DNA of 60,534 nucleotides from Octopus bimaculoides (Eukaryota): NCBI RefSeq assembly GCF_001194135.2, contig NC_068983.1, positions 86,786,678 to 86,847,211 of the forward strand, read 5' to 3'. Shown piece by piece: positions 49,623 to 60,534 of this stretch (position 1 is its first letter; each line of letters starts with the position of its first letter). The notes under the pieces were generated by a model. It saw only the letters and a program-made list of their open reading frames with translations, ran no database searches and was not told where the DNA came from. The position numbers and the translations under genes were made by a program.

Positions 49623-50780
49623 AGGAGGAGGAGGAGGAGGAGGAGGAGGAGGAGGAGGAGATGTATGATAGGTGGTAATGATGGAATAGAGGGGGAATGA
49701 GAGAGAGAGTGAGAGTTGTGGGGGAGAGAGGAAGGCGGGAATGATGGCTTGCGTTTAATTAACATTGCTATTCGGTCGACTGACTATTGCTTGTCCCCAA
49801 TCACGTTGTATCATCACAGCGGGAGGTGTTTGTGTGTGTGTGTGTGTGAAGGGGTGGAGATTATTGATGATGAGTGGTGATGGTGGTCGTGGTGGTGGCG
49901 GTCGTCGTCGTCGTCGTCGTTGGGCTGTGGCGTGGTTATGATGATCATGATGGTGAAGGTGGAGTACTCATGGTGGTATGATAACGATGATGATGGTGAT
50001 GACAACGAGGATGGGTGGAGGTATGATGTGGTTTTGGCGATGATAATGATGGCGAGGAAGATGCAGGGTGGGTTATGATGATGCAAACCGTAAGAGATGA
50101 GGTGGTTCTAAAGATGACGATGAGGATGCTGATGGCAGCGGGGCGCTGGTGCTGCCGGTGCTGGTTGTGGTGGTGGTGGTAGTGGCGGTGCTGCTGCTGC
50201 TGATGCTAGAGTTGATGGAGTGGTGGTGGTGGTGCTGGTGGTGCTGGTCGTCGTCGTCGTTGTCGTAATGGCGGTGGCGGTGATGGCTTTATTGCACATT
50301 GGTCATAGGTGCGTGTGTGAGATTGTGGTTGCGCTGCTAACTGCAGTCGCGGCACTCGAAACTGGTAGTGGTGGTGACGGTGGTAGCTCCAGGGGTGCTG
50401 GTTGTTGATGTTATCGCTTGTGATAATTCTGAGAGCGGTGAGACAACGGCAATACCGACAGTGACGGAGATGGAGGAGGTGCCGGTGGATAGGGTGACAT
50501 AGGCGGTAGTGGTGGTAGTTTGGGTGGTAGTTTGGGTGGTTCTATTATCACTGACGTTGATATTTCTAGTGATATTGCCACTATTACTACTACTACTGCT
50601 CCTGCTGCTGTTATTAATACTGCTGCTGATATTACTACTACTACTACGACTGCTGCTGCTGCTTCTGCAACTACTACTACTACTACTACTACTACTTTTG
50701 CTACTATCACTACTACTAGAACTGTTGTTATTACTAATACTACTGCTGCTGTTGTTACTACTACTACAAGTAGTAGTAGT

Positions 50781-50824
<44 letters not shown>

Positions 50825-50835
50825 TAGTAGTAGTA
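49623..50835. repeat. Degenerate trinucleotide low-complexity region (GAG, GAT, GGT, GTC, ACT, GCT, AGC, AGT)
   Basis: Directly visible; the source of the poly-V/T/S/L ORFs. Confidence 0.9.
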
Positions 50836-50864
50836 GCAACAACAGTAGCAAGTAAATTAAAAGG

Positions 50865-51180
50865 ATCTCGGTCAGTTTGGACGATGAGTATTCAGTTACT
50901 CGACCAATGAATTCAAGAGTGGCTGAGTATTCCATAGACACGAGTAACCCTTAAAGTAATCCTCAGGTTGGAACAGTGTGACAAGGATGGACCTTTGTAT
51001 TACGTATGGAGTCAAGCTCATGGGGTTCCACACAGTTTCCATCTACTTAATTTCAGTCACAAGGCTTGCGTTGACCCGACGTTATAGTAAAAAGAACGTA
51101 GTGCCGAATAGGTTTCATTCAGTGGGGTCGAACCCGGGGCTTCGAGGCGGTGAAGCGAACTGCTTAACCATTCGACCATG
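50865..51180 (-). mobile_element. Hybrid SINE (A-like head and core, C tail)
   Basis: Minus strand: TGGTCGAATGGTTAAG, GGTTCGACCCC, AAGCCTTGTGACTGAAATTAAGTAGATGGAAACTG, then AAAGGTCCATCCTTGTCACAC...TTAAGGGTTACTCGTGTCTATGGAATACTCAGCCACT. Confidence 0.75.
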
Positions 51181-51274
51181 TTGCGTTTAGTTACTACTAC
51201 TACATCTGATACTGCTACAATTACTTCTACCACCACCAATACCAATACTACTACTGGTAATAATAATAATAATG

Positions 51275-51333
<59 letters not shown>

Positions 51334-51335
<2 letters not shown>

Positions 51336-51548
51336 TTTCAAATTTTGGTACAAAGCCAGCAAGTTCGGGGGAGGGAGTAAGTCGATTACATCGATCCCAA
51401 TACTCAACTGGTACTTATTTTATCGACCCTGGAAGGATAAAAGGCAAAGGCGAGCTTGGTGGTGTTTGAACTCGGAGCACAAAGACAGACGAAATGCCAC
51501 GAAGGATTTTGTCCGGCGTGAGAACAATTCTGCCAGCTCTCCGCCTTA
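51334..51548 (-). mobile_element. SINE family B with long (TAT)n tail
   Basis: Full reverse-complement copy; (AAT)n at 51260-51333 abuts its 3' end. Confidence 0.85.
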
Positions 51549-51569
51549 TTGAGACTAAAGGTGTTATCC

Positions 51570-51960
51570 CGTTATCTCGTTTTTTGTCAACCCTTTGGTC
51601 TCCTGCCGATTGCCTTGACTTGAAGAATCCGTCTTGCGTCTCTTTCCTGCAACATTCTAATCATATGTCCGTAGTACCAGGGCATTGACCTCTCAATGCG
51701 GAGAAGTAACGACTCGACTTGGAGTGATTCCCTGATCTCTGAGTTACGCTTTCTGTCGAGTAACGTTACTTCAGAGATCATTTGGAGGAACCCCATTTTG
51801 CCTGTTTATATTTGTGATCGTACGCTTTCAGTTACTACCCAACATTTATGCCCATTATGTGAGGCTAGGCACGAAAACCAAACTGAAGATAGCGAGTTTG
51901 ACCTTTTTAACCATGCTCTCTTCTTAAGATCAAATGACCACCTCTTTCCAAACGTAAAAA
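51570..51960 (-). mobile_element. RTE (Rex3-like) LINE RT C-terminal fragment
   Basis: KVKLAIFSLVFVPSLT..HKCWVVTESVRSQI..KMGFLQMISEVTLLDRKRNSEIRESLQVESLLLRIERSMPWYYGHMIRM...GRRPKG. Confidence 0.85.
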
Positions 51961-52799
51961 TGGGTTTGCGTAGGGCCGATACCTCAACCTCGAAAAGGGT
52001 ATCGATAACAATTCAAAACGAAAATACCTGCAAGAAGAAGAGGCATCTCAGAGTCGAGAACAGTGGAGAAAAGTTGTCAGTAGCTTATATCCCACAGGGG
52101 TCGAATGACTTACCACCGTTGTTACTACAAGCATTTGCCAATCCAGCCACAATCACCTTCATCATATCTATCATCATCACTACCATTATCACTACTAGTA
52201 TCAATGTTTAGTCACCACTAGCACCATCGGAAGACCTGTTAGTATTACCAGAGCCCATTGACACAATATGTAGATCTACCAACTCAACTTTATCAAAGCC
52301 GACATTGATCTAATGTTATTATTGACGCGTTGTTTCTATTTTGATATATAAATTTTAAGATTTTCATAACATTGTTTCATCGTGTTAAAGATTTAGATTA
52401 TGTCTTTGATATCGTTCCATAGTAGAGATTGTTTTAAAGTGTAAAACCCAAACACATATTCAGACAAACAGAATGATATAGATTCTTTCGGCAAGCACGG
52501 AGAAAACTTTAGACTTCTTTCGATTTTATTAGATTTTTTTCAGTGAAGTATAGACTTCACCGTATTTTCTGCAATAGGATTTGTTTTCTGTTTTGTTTTT
52601 TTGTTTTTTTGTTGTTGTTTTTTTTCTTTTTTTTTGTTTATTTAATTTAGAAGACTAGACTAAACACTGTTTACTTTTTGCTTTTTTTTTCAGCTCAGAC
52701 GGATAAATAAATGAGCTGACGTTTGCTTTGGAATTATTACTACTTTTGTTATTGATGTTGTTGCTGTTGCTGTTGTTGTTGTTGTTGTTGTTGTTATTG

Positions 52800-52945
52800 T
52801 TGTTGGTGGTGTTGTTGTTTAACCATAGGTCAGTCATGATCATTTTTTTTCAAACATAGCTTACCTATGACTACATAATCCAAAATGTAATCCTTTTTTA
52901 AGACAGTACAGTGTGATTTGAAGGAGATTTGGCTGTTATTGAGCC
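52800..52945 (-). mobile_element. Family D dispersed repeat
   Basis: GTGTGATTTGAAGGAGATTTGGCTGTTATT with a (GTT)n tail. Confidence 0.7.
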
Positions 52946-53015
52946 TCGACGATACATAGACACTGGTTTCAATAATAAAAGTATAAAGCTGAAAGATGGA
53001 TGGATGGACGGATGG

Positions 53016-53051
<36 letters not shown>

Positions 53052-53069
53052 ATGGATGGATGGATTTAT

Positions 53070-53340
53070 GTGACTGTCTCATGTAAAAGCGTGGGAAAAA
53101 AGAACAGTTATGGTGAACTAATGAGAAACTTACAGCTCTGATATTCGAAGAATAGTTTTTCACTTGGACCTTATAATAGATAGTTAGCCTGAGCTATGTA
53201 ATAAACTTCCATAAAAGCATTGAAATGCTGGAGATTTTCTAGAAAGAACAAAGTAAACAGATTTTCATCCACCAAATCTAATCGATAATTGATGCAGTCG
53301 AGATTTGTAAAACATTTCAAGGATTCTCCTTTTGAGTTCC
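53070..53340 (+). mobile_element. R4/Dong-type REL LINE C-terminal fragment
   Basis: [14 protein letters not shown]...VEICKTFQ, homologous to 32290-32560. It is preceded by (GATG)n rather than (CATA)n. Confidence 0.7.
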
Positions 53341-53589
53341 CTGGCTTGAACCATTGCACTCAATTAGATGTTTCTATAGTATACACACATATATAAAGTG
53401 TAATCAAACACATTTTTGCTGTAAAGAAACATATTCGTAAATTATATGACTGTAAGTATATCCATGCATAAATGTACGCACTAATTCCCAACATAATCCC
53501 TGCAACAGTATTATTTCAAAAGCGCTGACACTTTATTAGTGACTAAATAAACCTTTGAAAAATGCATACATACATACATACATTACAAC

Positions 53590-53990
53590 TCTAGGATTAT
53601 AGGTGAGACATATCAGTCAAAACTTCTACCAAATGCAAACATAACAGGCATGACATCGTTATTTGGGACAGAAAAACAAAGCCATGTACAGTCATAGAGG
53701 TTTGCTGCCCTGCTGATATGAACATCTTTTTTCCAATATCAGCAGAAAAGAGAATAGCTGTGAAAGAACATTTTAAAACCTACGGTTCCTTTCTTCAATT
53801 ATAAATTCATTTTTATACTAATTACGATTAGTACACTCGGTTATGTTAGTAAATATCTAAGCCATAATCTGAAGAGGCTAAGGTTTTCAAGCAAAGAAAG
53901 AAACCGACTAATATGAACTTTTCAGATAAACTCTGTAACGGGAACAGTAGAGGTATGCAAGACTTTCTTAAAGTCCAATTTGTAACAATT
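53590..53990 (+). mobile_element. R4/Dong-type REL LINE C-terminal fragment
   Basis: KTSTKCKHNRHDIVIWDRKTKPCTVIEVCCPADMNI...LGYVSKYL...GTVEVCKTFLK, with (CATA)n at its 5' junction (53565-53584). Confidence 0.85.
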
Positions 53991-55419
53991 GTCGTTGTTT
54001 TCATTCAAACTCCATTAATGGAGCCTTTGTTTCTTTCTTAGAAACCAGTTCCTCCTTCTAAAATGAATGCTAATAAGTTCCTTAGAATATTAGATGATGA
54101 AGAGTTTTCTTGCTTACACAACAATACCACTAACAACAATTTTCTGTTCTCTGTCAGACAGGAAATTCTCGATCAGTTTGCAAGTTGTCCCCTTCAATTC
54201 CATAGCTATTTAGTTCCTTGGAGTACTAGACATTAGAGAGTTCGAGTTTTTAGATAACAATGCCACTAACTCTAACTCTCTATTACCCGTTAGACAGAAA
54301 ATTCTCGACTCATTTGCAGACTTTCCCTGAAATTCCATTGCTATCTAATTTATGGCAAAATTTTGCACCAGGCGATTTTATTTAATGATTTGGAGCTAAG
54401 ACCAGAAACGTGTCGTCTAGTAGCTTTCTTCAGTACTCTGTGATGAAAATATTTATGAAGGATATTACAAGAGAGAAATGAAAAGAGACTGATAGATAAA
54501 CAGATATACTGAGAAGCAGATTAAGACTAACAGAGACAAATGGATATAAGACTAGAAGGATATAAGACTAAAGAGGCAAATGGATATAAAATTTAGGAAG
54601 ACAATATTCGGAAAGTAAAGAGGTTTTTATTTACTTATTTTTTTCTTTAAAGGGCAAATGCTGAAGAGTAGTTTTTTCTCTTTTATTTTAGTAATATCAT
54701 TTCATTTTTGATTGAGCAGAGACATGAATAGAGACATTCCAGTCGTGGCCATCCTGCTTTTTTCAAAGACAGTGAGTGCACTGTAAACTACATTACTCAC
54801 TATATACTCCCTTTTTTTAAAACGGTAGGGTATGATTTGAAAAGATTTGGTTGCTAATTTTAGCACGCCGAACAACCATCCATATGCCCTCGACATAGCT
54901 CGNNNNNNNNNNNNNNGGTGGGGTGATGGTGGTAATGATAATAGTAATTGTAGTGGTGGTAATGGTCGCAGTGATGACTGTGGTAATGGTAGTGGTGGTG
55001 CTGGTTGTCATATTAGTGGTCGTTGTGATGATTGTGGTGTTGATGGTGGTGGTGGTTTTAGTAGTAGTGGTAGTCGTCGTCGTTGTCGTGGTGGCGGTGG
55101 CAGCGGCGGCGGCGGTGGTGGTGTTAATGTAGTAGCAAAGAAAAAATTCAATGAATGAAAAAAAAATTTTTTAATATAAATAAATACTTAAGAAAAGCGA
55201 GAGAAAAAGTCTCATAAAACAAATGATATTCAAAGAATGAATTGAAGACTAATATTAACAAATCCGGAGTTAAGATGTGAAACCTGCCGCTCAGTGATTC
55301 CCAATTGGGGATGTTTAAACACCTGCATATAGTAACTTTAAGGAAGCCGGCATTTGTTATTGAGGTGGGACTTTTGAAAAAGGTCACGGCAGAGTTTGTG
55401 TCGCAAACAGAGCGAAGGA

Positions 55420-55961
55420 GTTGGTGGGAGGTGAATGAGAAAAGTGAGTGCGTAAAAGTGAGGAATGAAAAGTGACAGAAAGCGATAAAGAAAGGGGAGA
55501 TAAGTGAGTTGGGGGTTTGAGGTTGTTGGTTAAGTAGAGAATACACAGAAAATAGTTGGAGAGGTGGGTAGTTATGTGCTGGAGGAAGGAGAAAAAGAAG
55601 TAGATAGGCATTGGAGGAAGAACAGGGAGAACGGGGTGAGGTGAGATGAGTAAATGGTGGTATGGTGTGAGAGTGTGAAAAAGAGAAAAGGATTGAGAAA
55701 AGTGAATGGGGAGAAAAAGAGGAAGTGAGGGAGAAAGTGGGAATGAAAGTGAGAAAGGAAGAGAGAGTGAGAGAGAGAGAAAGGGGAGAGGGAGAAAATA
55801 GAAAGTAAGAGAGAGAAAAGTAGAAAAGAAGAAAGGGAGAGAGAAAGCGTAGGAGAGAGTGAGAGTATGAGAATTAGCAGACAGAAAAATAGAGAGAAGT
55901 GGAATAGAGAGAAGTGAAAAACTAGTTCAGAAATAAATGAGTAATAGATACAAGCGAAAGC

Positions 55962-56027
<66 letters not shown>

Positions 56028-56300
56028 GAAAGAGAGAGACAGACAGACAGACAGCCAGAGAGAGAGAGACACACACACAGAAACAGACAGAGAGAGACAG
56101 ACAGACAGACAAACAGAGACAGACAGACAGACAGACAAACAGAGACAGACAGACATACAAACAGAGACAGACAGACATACAGTGAGAAAGACAGACAAAA
56201 CAGAGAGATATACAGAGACATACAGAGAGAGACACACACAGACAGGCAGGCAGACAGACAGACAGACAGACAGAAAGACATAGAGAGAAAGAGAGAGACA
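55420..56300 (+). repeat. Purine-rich low complexity with (AG)n and (AGAC)n
   Basis: Directly visible. Confidence 0.9.
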
Positions 56301-56686
56301 GAGTGAAGTGTTGTGAGTGACAGAATTGAAATAGGGATATGAGAAATTAAAGAGTAAATTAGAACCTAATATAAAAAGGGAAAGAGAAAGAGTAGGAGAA
56401 TAAGGGGAAAAAACAAGGGGACGGTAGAGGAGAAAAAGAAAAATGTAAAAATCACAATAGAAAGGAGGATAAATTGTTAAAAGCGGATAAGTATCTATCT
56501 ATCGATTGATCGATCTAGTTATGTATCAGTTTGTGTATATACTTAGCGATCGTCCTACATATCTTCCACTTATTTAGCTAGCTAGGTGTTAATTTTTTTA
56601 GATGTCTTCCTATTCACCCATCTAACAATTTATCTAGCTAGCTCTTAATTCATCTACCTATCTATGTATCATCTACCTATCTATGT

Positions 56687-57062
56687 GGAGGCGCAATTGT
56701 CCAGTGGCTAGGGCAGCGGACTCGCGGTCATAGGATCGTGGTTTCGATTCCCAGACCGGGCGTTGTGAGTGTTTATTGAGCGAAAACACCTAAAAGCTCC
56801 ACAAGGCTCCGGCAGGGGATGGTGGCGAACCCTGCTGTACTCTTTCACCACAACTTTCTCTCACTCTTTCTTCCTGTTTCTGTTGTACCTGTATTTCAAA
56901 AGACCAGCCTATGTCATGCTGAATATCCCCGAGAACTACGTTAAGGGTACACGTGTCTGTGGAGTGCTCAGCCACTTGCACGTTAATTTCACGAGCAGGC
57001 TGTTCCGTTGATCGGATCAACTGGAACCCTCGACGTCTTAAGCGACGGAGTGCCAACAACAA
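56687..57062 (+). mobile_element. tRNA-derived SINE, family C2, full length
   Basis: A box TGTCCAGTGG, B box GGTTTCGATTCCC, a unique body, the 3' tail shared with C1 and the hybrids, and a (CAA)n end. It may correspond to one of the described octopus OK/OR1/OR2 SINEs (unverified). Confidence 0.9.
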
Positions 57063-57614
57063 CAACATTTATCTATTTATGTGTTTAACTCCTACGTACC
57101 TCAAAGGCGGACGATAAGCAACCTCGTTAAAGCGTAGGATAAAATCTGTTGCGATTTTTAATTCGGCTTTCTGCGCTCTGCGTTCAAATCCATTTTCATT
57201 ATTTCGGAGTCGATTAAGGAAAGTACCAGCCGAATGCTTCAGCAGCGTTTACTATCCTTCTCTCTCTATCTCTCCTTCTCTCTCGCAAGCTGTCATATCC
57301 CACTTATTTCGCTGAATCCTGGTTGGAGGATTGGAGAGGGTATTTGTTCGCGCCAACATAAAGTGTTAGAAGAGCTAACGAAAGACTACTTTTTACGACC
57401 ATCTCATCTCTGATTTTTACTGTCAGTCGTAGTATTTTGTGTATCAATATATCTATTCACGCACACACAAGTATATAATGGGAAATAGGGCTGTATATTC
57501 CGGGTGTGCTAGGTCAGCGTTACACACCCACCAAAGATGGCAAAGTTTTCAAATACCACTGCATTTTTTAAGTATTTTGATATAATCTGGTCGTAATTTG
57601 TTCTTAAACGTTCA

Positions 57615-57830
57615 AGGTGGCGTGCTGGCAGAATCGTTAGCACACCAGACGAAATGCTTAGCGACGTTTCTTCCTTTGCTAGGTTCTGAGTTCAAATTCT
57701 ACCGAGGCAGACTTTACCTTTCATCCTTTTGGGGTTCGGTAAAATAAGTACCAGTTGAGCATCGGGGAACGATCTAATCGACTTATCTCCCTTCTCCAAA
57801 ATTGCTGCTTAGTGCTAAAATTTGAAGCCA
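57615..57830 (+). mobile_element. SINE family B
   Basis: GGTGGCGTGCTGGCAGAATCGTTAGCAC...GAGTTCAAATTC...TTTCATCCTTTTGGGG...AGTACCAG. Confidence 0.9.
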
Positions 57831-58665
57831 GTGTGTTCTCAAATCCAATAATACACATTCAGAAACAAAGATTAAATCAGTGTGGAATCGTATCACATGT
57901 ATAGAAATAACTTAAACTTTCTATGTATATAAATTTATGCCAGAGTATTAGGATCAGTACCATTTTACATACAATGACAAACAACACACACGCATAAACA
58001 CAATGCGCGCACACACACTCACACTTATACATGCATGTAATTCAAAATAATTGCGAATGTTGTGTAACGGAAAGAACAAAATACAGTTTTTGATAAACCC
58101 ATTCATCAGCCAACGTTCTGTCCAGAATCATTGATTTCGACGCTTGGTATAAAGTTCATCTGAAACGCACCAAAGCTCACACAAGACAAGGCGAAGACAA
58201 GTCTTCAACTACAAATGCACGAGAGGTTGAAACAAGTCCTATGACTGAAGACCAGTAAGACGAAGACAGAAGACTGCTACAAAAGACAAGAACAAATTTG
58301 AAGTATAAACATTAGTATCTTTCAACTTTAGATAGAGTAACACACACACACACACACACACACATTTGGGTGTACAAGTGAAAGAAGACTCGAAGTAACG
58401 ACAGACGCCAAAATATCATAAATATAGGCAATTCATAATGGGAAGAGGCTGGAATCAATTGTTCCATACAAAACAGTACCGTATGGCTTTACTAATTCAT
58501 TTATCTTGCGTAGAAGTATTATACAGACTATACTCTCACATTTTAAATGCATGAAAACATCTGTTTATTAACCGGGCGGGGATGGGGTATGATGAAATGA
58601 GTGAAAGAGAAAAAGAAGAAAAGCAAAGCTGCCACGGCCGGCATTTAGATGGAGATTTTCAACAA

Positions 58666-58702
<37 letters not shown>

Positions 58703-58984
58703 TCTCTCTCTCTCCCTCTCTCTCTCCNNNNNNNNNNNNNNNNNNNNNNNNNNNNNNNNNNNNNNNNNNNNNNNNNNNNNNNNNNNNNNNNNNNNNNNNN
58801 NNNNNNNNNNNNNNNNNNNNNNNNNNNNNNNNNNNNNNAAATCATATGCTATCAGCAGTGTATTTGCAAGTAAGACCTGTTTCGGAATTTTTATTGTCAC
58901 GAAAGTTTGCCAAAACGAAGAAGACTGAAAACAAAATAAAATCCGAAATGTATCTGAAGTTCTGTAATTTATATGTGTGTATGT

Positions 58985-59924
58985 ATGTCATTATTCAGTT
59001 TTATTTCAAGATTCCTTGCCACTAGAGAAAGAGCCGGTTTCTAACCTATATCCAAGGCTCCTTCACTGGAATTTCAACATCAACAACAGGGTATTTTTGT
59101 TTGTATGTATGCATATGTGCAGATTTGTATGTTTTGCTTTATCTATGTATTCTCATGCATAAAGTTACATATCTAGACATACTCATATATATTTAAATGA
59201 TAAACTTCTGGAAAGTTTTCCAGATTTTTACAGTTCCGGTAATGGATTGGATCTGTAGTCTTCTAATTAGCTTTCTCTTTTCTGGTTTTGAGAAGCCTAA
59301 TTTCTCAAGATTGGTATTTAGGCAGTGTGTTACATAACCCAGGATCCCAATAATTACAGATAGAGTAACTGCAGATTTCTCAATAATTCAGCGTAGATAT
59401 TCTCTTTTTCACTGATCTTCAGGTTTATGTTAACATCCGCTGGGCAACTAATTTCCACAACTGTGCACAGTTTCTCTTCTCTATCCCAAATCATTATATC
59501 AGGTCTCTTACGCTTACATTTTATTGAGGTCTTCATTGGGGCATTCCACCAGTACTCCTTTTTATTGAGTGGCTATGGTTTCTACAATACTGTGGGTTCT
59601 TATTTCTTTGTCCTCGAGGTTATCCTTCCGACTAATTTCATTATAGAGTGTCCTATCTGCAATATCACATCTCATCGGTAGATAATACCGTCATGACATT
59701 TTCGGACAACTGCTTATCATGTGGGTGATATCTTCGGTGTTAACTCCACACAGCTTGCATCGGTTGCCACATTTTACTGCTTTTCCTGCATCTCTATCCC
59801 TTTTGTGCATCAAGTACTTGGTTGATATTTCCTGTTCCTGGATTGCAAATGCATACCCTTCAAAGTGGGAGGTGGTAATCCAGCTATTGGTCCATGATAG
59901 ACTGCTTTGATGGTCAATGTTATT
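58985..59924 (-). mobile_element. R4/Dong-type REL LINE, 5'-truncated, with complete 3' end
   Basis: EGYAFAIQEQEISTKYL; CCHC zinc knuckle CKLCGVNTEDITHMISSC; REL RPDIMIWDREEKLCTVVEISCPADVNINLKISEKENIY; 3' UTR ending AATAAAACTGAATAATGA. (CATA)n on the element's sense strand at both junctions. Confidence 0.92.
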
Positions 59925-59974
59925 ATGTATGTATGTATGTATGTATGTATGTATGTATGTATATACGCATGTAT

Positions 59975-60110
59975 CTTTTATCTTTTACTAGTTTCAGTGA
60001 TTGAGCTGTGACCATGCTGGAGCACAGCTATGAAGGATTTTTGTGAAACAAATCAATTCCAGTACTTATAGTTTTTAAAAGTACTTATTCTATCGGTCTC
60101 TTTATACACA
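59975..60110 (-). mobile_element. SINE family A, 3' fragment
   Basis: TTTCAGTGATTGAGCTGTGACCATGCTGGAGCAC...AGTACTTATTCTATCGGTCTC. Confidence 0.7.
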
Positions 60111-60155
60111 CACACACACACACACATACATACACTCATATATATATATATATAT

Positions 60156-60534
60156 GGAGTGGCTGTGTGGTAAGTAGCTTGCTTACCAACCACATGGTCC
60201 CGGGTTCAGTCCCACTGCGTGGCATCTTGGGCAAGTGTCTTCTACTATAGCCTCGGGTTAATCAAAGCCTTGTGAGTGGATTTGGTAGACGGAAACTGAA
60301 AGAAGCCTGTCGTATATATGTATATATATATATATATGTATGTGTGTATGCGTTTGTGTGTCTGTGTTTATCCCCCCAACATCGCTTGACAACCGATGCT
60401 GGTGTGTTTATGTCCCCGTAACTTAGCGATTCGGCAAAAGAGACCGATAGAATAAGTACTAGGCTTCTAAAGAATAAGTCCTGGGGTCGATTTGCTCGAC
60501 TAAAGGCGGTGCTCCAGCATGGCCACAGTCAAAA
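60156..60534 (+). mobile_element. tRNA-derived SINE family A (CORE-like), near full length, young
   Basis: A box TGGCTGTGTGG, B box GGTTCAGTCCC, CORE-like CTTGGGCAAGTGTC, internal (TA)/(TG) microsatellite and conserved 3' half; it runs off the window end. Confidence 0.95.

Noticed and set aside
51965-52110. Plus-strand RTE C-terminus (SREQWRKVVSSLYPTG*)
   Set aside because: Suggestive but too short and frameshifted to call.
58126-58254. Plus-strand 129-nt exon-like frame (IIDFDAWYKVHLKR...)
   Set aside because: Only a faint resemblance to J-protein DFD.WY..H motifs. The region has the A-rich GAAGAC pattern and a minus-strand CTGATGA seen in PLE terminal regions. Not supportable without RNA data.
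3468-60534. Numerous ORFs rich in HT, YI, CV, MYVC, LS or X
   Set aside because: They are translations of (CA)n, (TA)n, (TG)n, (TATG)n, (CT)n repeats or N-gaps, not genes.

Overview
Eukaryotic, AT-rich, microsatellite-saturated scaffold with 12 N-gaps (5156-5411, 12194-12309, 13271-13335, 17686-18109, 22007-22440, 35460-35940, 42691-42836, 43610-44488, 45507-45911, 48683-49622, 54903-54916, 58728-58838). The repeat families look like those of Octopus (inference from recall, not a database hit). I find no intact protein-coding gene; nearly all ORFs in the track are translations of microsatellites or gaps, and the window reads like a large intron or intergenic region. It is a dense transposon graveyard: four tRNA-derived or SINE-like families (labelled A-D here), plus fossils of R4/Dong and HERO (restriction-like-endonuclease LINEs), Tx1/L1, RTE, CR1, Penelope-like elements, mariner, DD41D Tc1/mariner and hAT-Charlie. 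Best leads: (1) R4/Dong-type retrotransposon pieces joined to (CATA)n microsatellites with consistent strand polarity, 8 of 9 pieces, including a stand-alone ~125-bp 3' module; (2) two minimal hammerhead-ribozyme motifs, one in a Penelope terminal region and one orphan; (3) SINE module shuffling, SINE trains in (TAT)n tracts and nested insertions into the internal microsatellite of SINE A. Coordinates of degenerate elements are approximate (about +/-20 bp). All translations were done by eye; no searches were run.
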